From the human T2T-CHM13v2.0 reference genome, Homo sapiens, in NCBI RefSeq assembly GCF_009914755.1, contig NC_060926.1: a DNA stretch of 64,000 nt; one strand, 5' to 3'. The notes beneath the pieces were generated by a model. That model was not told the origin of the DNA. It saw only the letters and a program-made list of their open reading frames with translations, and made no database searches. The position numbers were made by a program, and so were the translations under genes. Below, piece by piece: positions 57,101 through 64,000 of this stretch (positions within the stretch are counted from its first letter, which is position 1; every line of letters begins with the position of its first letter).

Positions 57101-57681
57101 ATACCTCTTATCAAAATATTTCCCACAGGTATTGATGTGTTTCTAAGTCTTTCAAGTCTTTCCAACAGTCTCATCTGTTCTTTTCATTTTCTCTGACAAG
57201 GCCAGACATTCATGCTACCTGGTGACCTGCCCTGTGAAGTGGCAGAGCCAGGGACTAATCTAAGGCTGATCTACTCATTTGTCTTCCTCACATGACTAAA
57301 CTACTGTCTGCGGTTGTGTTGACCCCTTTCCTTCTGGGGTGTTCCCAGGAATTTTGCACACTGGTTCTCATGAAAAAGTCATGGAAGTTCCCTCAGTCTC
57401 AGAGAGAAAAGAATGAGGGAGCCAAAGGAAGAGGCAGGGAGAGGCACCAAGCAGAGAGCACAGAGGTGAATCTGAGACTTGTGCCGCTGAAGCACGAGAG
57501 AGAGGGGAAGCTTGCTCTCTACACAGAGCCCTAAACCAGCCAGGAAGGAGTAATAGCTATTGAGTAGGAAGCACCATAACCTTCCACCTAGAAAGCAAAT
57601 AGTAAAGAGCATCAGCAGTGCAGCTGACATGACCTGTCACATCTTCATGTGGGTCATTCTCTACAAAGAGTTTAAAAGCAT

Positions 57682-60004
57682 TGTATTAGTCCATTTTCAT
57701 GCTGCTAATAAAGGCCTACTCCAGACTGGGCAATTTACAAAAGAAAGAGGTTTAATGGACTTACAATTCCATATGGCTGGGGAGGCCTCAAAATCATGGT
57801 AGAAGGCAAGGAGGAGCAAATCACATCTTACATGGATGGTGGTAGGCAAAAAGAGACAGCTTGTGCAGGGAAACACACCCTTATAAAACCATCAGATCCC
57901 ATGAGACTTATTCACTATCATGAAAACAGCACAGGAAAGACCTGCACCTATTCTTCAATTACCTCCCAATGGGTCACTCCCACAACATGTGGGAATTATG
58001 TGAGTACAATTCAAGATGAGATTTGGGTGAAGACACAGAGCCAAACCATATCATTCTACTCCTGGCCCCTGTCAAATCTCATGTCCTCACACTTCAAAAT
58101 CAATCATGCCTTTCCAACAGCCTCCCAAAGTCTTAACTCATTTCAGCATTAACTCAAAAGTCCACAGTCCAAAGTCTCATTTGAGACAAGGCAAGCCCTT
58201 TCCACCTATAAGCCTGTAAAATCAAAAGCAAGTTAGTTACTTCCTAGATACAATGGGGGTAGGCACAAGCATTGAATAAATACAGCCATTCGAAATGGCC
58301 AAACAAAGTGGAAATTGGCCAAAACAAAGTGGCTACAGGCTCCATGCAATTCCAAAATCCAGCAGGGCATGTAATCTTAAAGCTCCAAAATCATCTCTTT
58401 TGACTCCATATCTTACATCCATGTCACACTGATGCAAGAGGTGGGTTCCCATGGTCTTGGGCAGCTCTGCCTCTGTAGCTTTGCAGGGGATAGCCCCCCT
58501 CCTGGCTGCTTTCATGGCCTGCCGTAGAGTGTCTATGACTTTTCCAGGAACATGGTGCAAGATGTCTGTGTATCTAACATTCCAGGGTCTGGAGGACAGT
58601 GGCCCTCTTCTCACAGTTTCACCAAGCAGTGCCCCAGTAGAGACTCTGCTTGGGGGCTCCAACCCCACATTTCCCTTCTGTACTGCCCTAGCAGAGGTTC
58701 TCCGTGAGGGCCCCACTCTTGCAGCAAACTTTTGCCTGGGCATCCAGGCATTTCCATACATCCTCTGAAATCTAGGCAGAGGTTCCCAAACCTTTATTCC
58801 TGACTTCTGTGTACCTGCAGGCTCAACACCATGTGGAAGCTGTCAAGGCTTGGGGCTTGTATCCTTCTGAAGCAAAAGCCCAAGCTATACCTTGGCTCCT
58901 TTTAGCCATGGCTGAAATGGCTGGGATGCAGGGCTTTAAGTCCCTGGCTGCACAGAGCAAGGGGGCCCTGGGCCTGGCCCATAAAACCATTTTTTCCTCC
59001 TAGGCCTCCAGGCCTGTGATGGGAGGGGCTGCCATGAAGGCCTCTGACATGGCCTGGAGACATTTTCCCCATTGTCTTGAGGATTAACATTCAGCTCCTC
59101 ATTACTTATGCAAATTTCTGCAGTGAGCTTGAATTTCTCCACAGAAAATGGGATGTTCTTTTCTGTCACATTGTCAGGCTGCAAATTTTCTAAACTTTTA
59201 TGCTCTGATTCCCTTATAACACTGAATGTCTTTAACAGCATTCTTGAATGCTTTGCTGCTTAGAAATTTCTTCCACCAGATACCCTAAATCATCTCTCTT
59301 AAGTTCAAAGTTCCACAAATCTCCAGGAAAGGGGCAAAATGCCTCCAGTCTCTTTGCTGAAACATAGCAAGAAGCGCACCTTCACTCCAGTTCCTAACAA
59401 GTTCCTCATCTCCATCTGAGACCACTGCAGCCTGGATTTCATTGTTCATATCATTATCAGTATTTTAGTTGAAGCCAGCCAACAAGTCTCTAGGGAGTTC
59501 CAAACTTTCCCACATTTTTCTATCTTCTGCTGAGCCCTCCAAACTGTTTCAACCTCTGCCTGTTACCCGGTTCCAAAGTCACTTCCACATTTTCGGGTAT
59601 CTTTTCAGCAGTGCCCCACTCTACTGGTACCAATTTACTGTATTACTCTGTTTTCATGCTGCTAATAAAGACATATCCCAGACTGGGCAATTTACAAGAG
59701 AAAGAGGCTTAATGGACTTAATCCTCATGTCTAGGGAGGCCTCACAATCATGGTGGAAGGCAAGGAGGAGCAAGTCACATCTTGTGTGGATGGTGGCAGG
59801 CAAAAGAGAGAGCTTGTGCATGGAAACTCCCCCTTATAAAACCATCAGATCTTGTGAGGCTTATTCACTATCACAAAACAGCACAGGAAAGACCTGCCCC
59901 CATAATTCAATTACCTCCCACCAGGTCCCTCCAACAATACATGGAAATTATGAGAGTATAATTCAAGATGAGATTTTGATGAGGGCAAGAGCCAAACCAT
60001 ATCA
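57682..60004 (-). mobile_element. Full-length THE1B-like MaLR provirus (LTR 57682-58053, internal region, LTR 59639-60004)
   Basis: Two direct LTRs (tgtatta...catatca) flank a THE1 internal region. Perfect 5-bp TSD agcat at 57677-57681 and 60005-60009. Confidence 0.95.
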
Positions 60005-60595
60005 AGCATGTTCTCCATGTCTCCATTCCATATGACAGTAGTGTCTCCCCTGGCTCTGCATTTGGTCACTCTCTAGGTCTTCGCTTTGTAATGTCTGAGG
60101 TTATTCACTATTTCTTGAGACTGTTTAGTTACTCTGCTAGCTTTGAACATGCTTGTGACTCTACTAACAGTTAGCAGTTACTTTGCTAACTTTGCACATA
60201 GTTGTGCAGAGCGTTATGCTAGGTTTTGGGATGCAGACATAACATGTTCTTTAACCCAATGCACTTGCAGAGTAAGAATAGGGAGAGAAAATGCTGATAC
60301 ATGATGGAACTGCACTGAAAATGGTTGCAGAACTTAGCAGAGTAAACGAGTAGGTCTCAGGGAAATAGTGAATTACCTCAAACACTACAAACTGAGGAAC
60401 TAGAGAGTGGCCAAATGCAGACCCAGGGGAGACCTGCCATCATGTGGAATGCAAAATGGTTTTGCACAGCTTTAATAAAAAGATTTAAGATGCAAGAAGT
60501 GGACAGATTAATTGCCCCCAAAAAGTAAGTTTATCTAGACATTTTTAGTATTTTCCTCTATCAGATTCTTAACATATATTGGCTAAATTCCTATA

Positions 60596-60930
60596 CAATC
60601 TTCCCTTGCTATCAGTGAAGGATTGGTTGCATGACCCCAGTGGATGCTAAAATCAGCAGATGCTCAAGTCCCTGATATAAAATAATATGGCATTTCTACA
60701 TAATCTATGCATATCCTCTACTATATTTTAATTAATCTCTAGATTACATTATAATAAATACAGTGTAAGTTCTATGTAAATAGTTGTTACACTGTACTGT
60801 TTAAGGAATAATGACATAACAAAAATCTAAACATGTTCAGTATTGATGCAACCGTCCTTTTCTTCAGAACATTTTTCATCTGTGATTGGCTGAATCTTTA
60901 GACGCAAAACCCATGAGAACAGGGGAGCCT
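60596..60930 (+). mobile_element. MER2 (Tigger-family MITE)
   Basis: 'ggattggttgcatgacccc...gatgctcaagtccctgatataaaat...tctctagattac...tatgtaaatagttgttacactgta'. Confidence 0.85.
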
Positions 60931-61009
60931 AAAATTGCTTGTTTATGTGAAAGATGGAAACGTGAGTGCAAGAAACAATTCCTGCTCTGAGGTGCTCACA
61001 TGCTTTACA

Positions 61010-61245
61010 GAAAGACCATGAATACAACTGATTGAATACTTTTGCCAGGTCCTCTTCCAGGGATTTTACATGACTTAACACAATATTTTACTGAGGTCAT
61101 TACTACCATCCCATTCACTCATATTAGTAAACCAAGGCATAAAATGATGAAGTAACATGTTCAAGATTATTCATTTATTAAGGGGAAGAGCCAGAATTTG
61201 AATTCAAGTGAACTGGCTTCAAAATTCACCCTCTTTAACCACCCA
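61010..61245 (-). mobile_element. MIR
   Basis: 'gtaaaccaaggcataaaatgatgaagtaacatgttcaag...agagccagaatttgaattcaag...ctctttaaccac'. Confidence 0.65.
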
Positions 61246-62029
61246 TATTTATGTGTCTATTAGATAAGTTACTGTTTAGTTTAATTTATGTTCCCATATG
61301 AGAGCTACATCTTTGTAAGTACTCGTACAAGTACACATGTATCTGTATGCAAAAATGAGACATTTGATGGTTTGCTATAGTATGAAATACAAGCTTAGCA
61401 AGAAAACCCTATCAATGGGGGCCAACCATGCATCTGCTTTCATCTCCTGTGGTGGCTAGCTCTCCTTCCTTTCAGTCATACGAGACGATTTGGAAATTCC
61501 CACTTCATTCTACCTTTGCTTATATATTTTTCTGCCTTGTCTGCCTCTGTTCCAAGTCAGTGGAGTTCTATTTATTCTTCAATATACAGTGCAAATTTCA
61601 CTTGCCTTGAGTTACCTTGAGGCTTTTCTTAGAAACTCTTCTCCCAAACTGTTGTGAATATTTCATTACTGTACTATTTGTCAAATATTAAGGTTTATAT
61701 TTTCATTAGATTTTCACTACTGGCTATAAACTTTCTGAGGAATTTTACTTCCTCCTCTGTCCCCACTAGATAGGATAGGCCATTATAAAGAGTAAGCTCT
61801 CATTACAAGTTGGTTGAGGAATAAGGGCTCATTGATTTTTTTTTTTAACTTAGGCACTTGGCAAAAGTTCTCTAGCTAGGAAAAAAAGATGGCAAAATTC
61901 TCTGGCCAAGAAACAAACCTCCAACTATGCTTTGGTCTTGTTGCTAAATTTTTTAAGTATTGAAATGCTGTCTTGTCTTTCCTTTTAGTTTTTTAATTCT
62001 TGTTTTGGTGTTGGTAGTTTTGTCTAAAT

Positions 62030-62300
62030 TTAATTCAATTCAACAAGTATTTACTAAGCCCTATGTGTTTTTTAGGATTTTGGACAGGTTCTGGGAGTAA
62101 AAGAAAGAAAAAAATGTAGATACTAATGCCAAGAAGCCATAATCTGGGAGGGGAAGCACAGTGTAATAATTACAGCAGAATGTGGCAGATACAGGAGAAA
62201 TCAAGTGAAAAGAGTGACTGTCTGAGGGGATTAGGAAAGGCTTTTCAGAAGAGTTGACACCTAAACAGTGTTCAATAATGAGTTGTTAACCAGGCTCCCA
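62030..62300 (-). mobile_element. L2 3' end
   Basis: 'attcaattcaacaagtatttactaagccctatgtg' is the antisense L2 terminus. Confidence 0.6.
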
Positions 62301-62650
62301 AGGGGAGCAAGGCTGTTTACAAATCCTCAAGGCCTCTGTTTAGACTACTCCCCATACCCTAACTCTAACTAACCAATGCACAGATTTTATAAAATGCACT
62401 CAGGGAATCCATATCTACATATCTACATACAATTATTTGTTTTGCTTTAAGTTTTAAAGGAATTGTATAATTTTTCTTTTGAGATATTAGTTATGGTCAG
62501 CTGTGCTTTCTCAGAAATCATTATGGAAAATTGGCTAAGCAAGTATGAAACTAAGGACATACAGCATATGAATTGGTTATGAATATAATGAAATATTTAG
62601 AAATTAAGACTTATAAACATATTAGATAATGAAATTGACATAATGTATAT

Positions 62651-63009
62651 TGTATTAGTCTGTTCTCATGCTGGTAATAAAGACATAACTGAGACTGGGT
62701 AATTATAAAGGAAAGAGGTTTGACTGACTCACAGTTCCACATGACTGGGGAGACCTCACAATCATGGAAGGCAAGGAGGAGCAAGTCACATCTTACATGG
62801 CGGCAGGCAAGAGAGCATATGCAGGGGATCTCCCCTTTATAAACCCATCGGATCTCGTGAGACTTATTCACTGTCATGAGAACAGCATGGGAAAGACCCA
62901 CCCCCACGAACAAATTACGTCCCACCGGTTCCCTCCTACAACACGTGGGGATTAGATTATTATAATTCAAGGTGAGATTTGGGTGGAGGCAAAGAGCCCA
63001 GCCATGTTA
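62651..63009 (-). mobile_element. THE1 (THE1B/C-like) solo LTR
   Basis: tgtattagtctgttctcatgctg...ggtgagatttgggtgg...ccatgtta. Perfect 5-bp TSD tatat. Confidence 0.92.
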
Positions 63010-63690
63010 TATATGTTGTAGACATAGTGTGTGTCAATTATAATCTTGCAATTTTTCATGTAAAATTTTGGATGGAGAACATGGTTCAGGACTCGATTAC
63101 TTACACAAGCCCTTAAGCTGCCCCTAGGCTTTGAGAGTTCCCATCCAGACTGTTGAATGGATGCTCTGGCTACACGGAGCATGGAGGAATGCACATGCAA
63201 CACAAGGAAAATGTACAGTGGCAAAGACGTCTGAAACTGCCTGATTTATTAGGAAACCCTGGGGATGTTGATACTACTGGAGAATAAATACAAAAGGTGT
63301 GGGCAGAAAATCACAGATCGTCTCTGTCATGACTTGGTGTAGGGTTAGTACTAGAGATTTACTTCTCTTGCTGTAAATCTGTGAGTGGTTCTTTCTGTAG
63401 GGTCTTTACTTCTTTATTTGTCTGAAGTTCCTCTCTTGTGCCTGTTCTTCATACATACTTCATGACCCATGCAAATTTGCAAACTTTACTTTGTGCTTGG
63501 ATTCTTAATATCTGCTCCAAGCCTAGAAGTGAACCTCTTTGTCATGGTGCTCCTGGTCCATTCCCTTGCTTGCCATTACCCAGCCTGGATATGACTGCCC
63601 ACTGACATCCTCTCCTAAAGCTATGCCATTCCATGTTTGCCCAAATCAGAAAAAAATTATGCTTAATGTCTTTACTTTTGGAAACCCCCC

Positions 63691-63967
63691 TTATTTTTTG
63701 AGACACTGTCTTGCTCTGTTGTTCAGGTTGGAGTGCAGTGGCAAAATCATGGCTCACTGAAGCTTTGACCTCCAGGGCTCAAGCATCCTCCTACCTCAGC
63801 CTCCCAAGTAGCTGGGACTACAGGTACGTGCCGCCAAGCCCAGCTTTTTTTTTTTTTTTTTAGTCAATATGTTTCCCAGGCTGAGTTTGAACTTCTTCAC
63901 TCAAGCAGTCCACCTGCCTTGGGCTACCAAAGTGCTGAGATTACAGGCATGAACCACTGGACCCAGC
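63691..63967 (-). mobile_element. AluJ-type element
   Basis: Antisense dimeric Alu with J-like 'gggctcaagc' and a small internal deletion. Confidence 0.9.
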
Positions 63968-64000
63968 AAAAACCCTATTATTTAAGCAGTAAAACTATAT

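Noticed and set aside
57560-60035. ORFs up to 188 aa
   Set aside because: They are THE1B-derived frames on both strands with no recognisable cellular protein.

Overview
Repeat-rich, non-coding hominoid (human or great ape) genomic DNA, judged by AluY/S/J, L1PA2/PA7/PA8, THE1, MLT1, MADE1, MER2, Charlie1, L2 and MIR elements. I cannot support any protein-coding exon, RNA gene or CRISPR array. The long ORFs are fragments of L1 ORF2, THE1 internal sequence or Alu. The most unusual structures are fold-back (inverted) rearrangements. (1) A ~545-bp palindrome at 14442-14986 has 189-bp arms that I do not recognise as a repeat (168/189 identical, ungapped), an AT-rich self-complementary centre and 8-bp junction microhomology. 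(2) A ~350-bp inverted local duplication of an L2 segment lies at 26267-26615 and 27979-28334. (3) An MLT1C LTR carries two micro-inversions at 18601-18703. There is also a twin-primed (5'-inverted) L1PA2 with a probable 19-nt 3' transduction, inserted into an older 58-bp tandem duplication whose second copy was hit by an Alu at the equivalent site. Subfamily names come from remembered consensus sequences and need RepeatMasker/Dfam confirmation. Boundaries of old elements are approximate. I found no evidence of a new multi-gene system.
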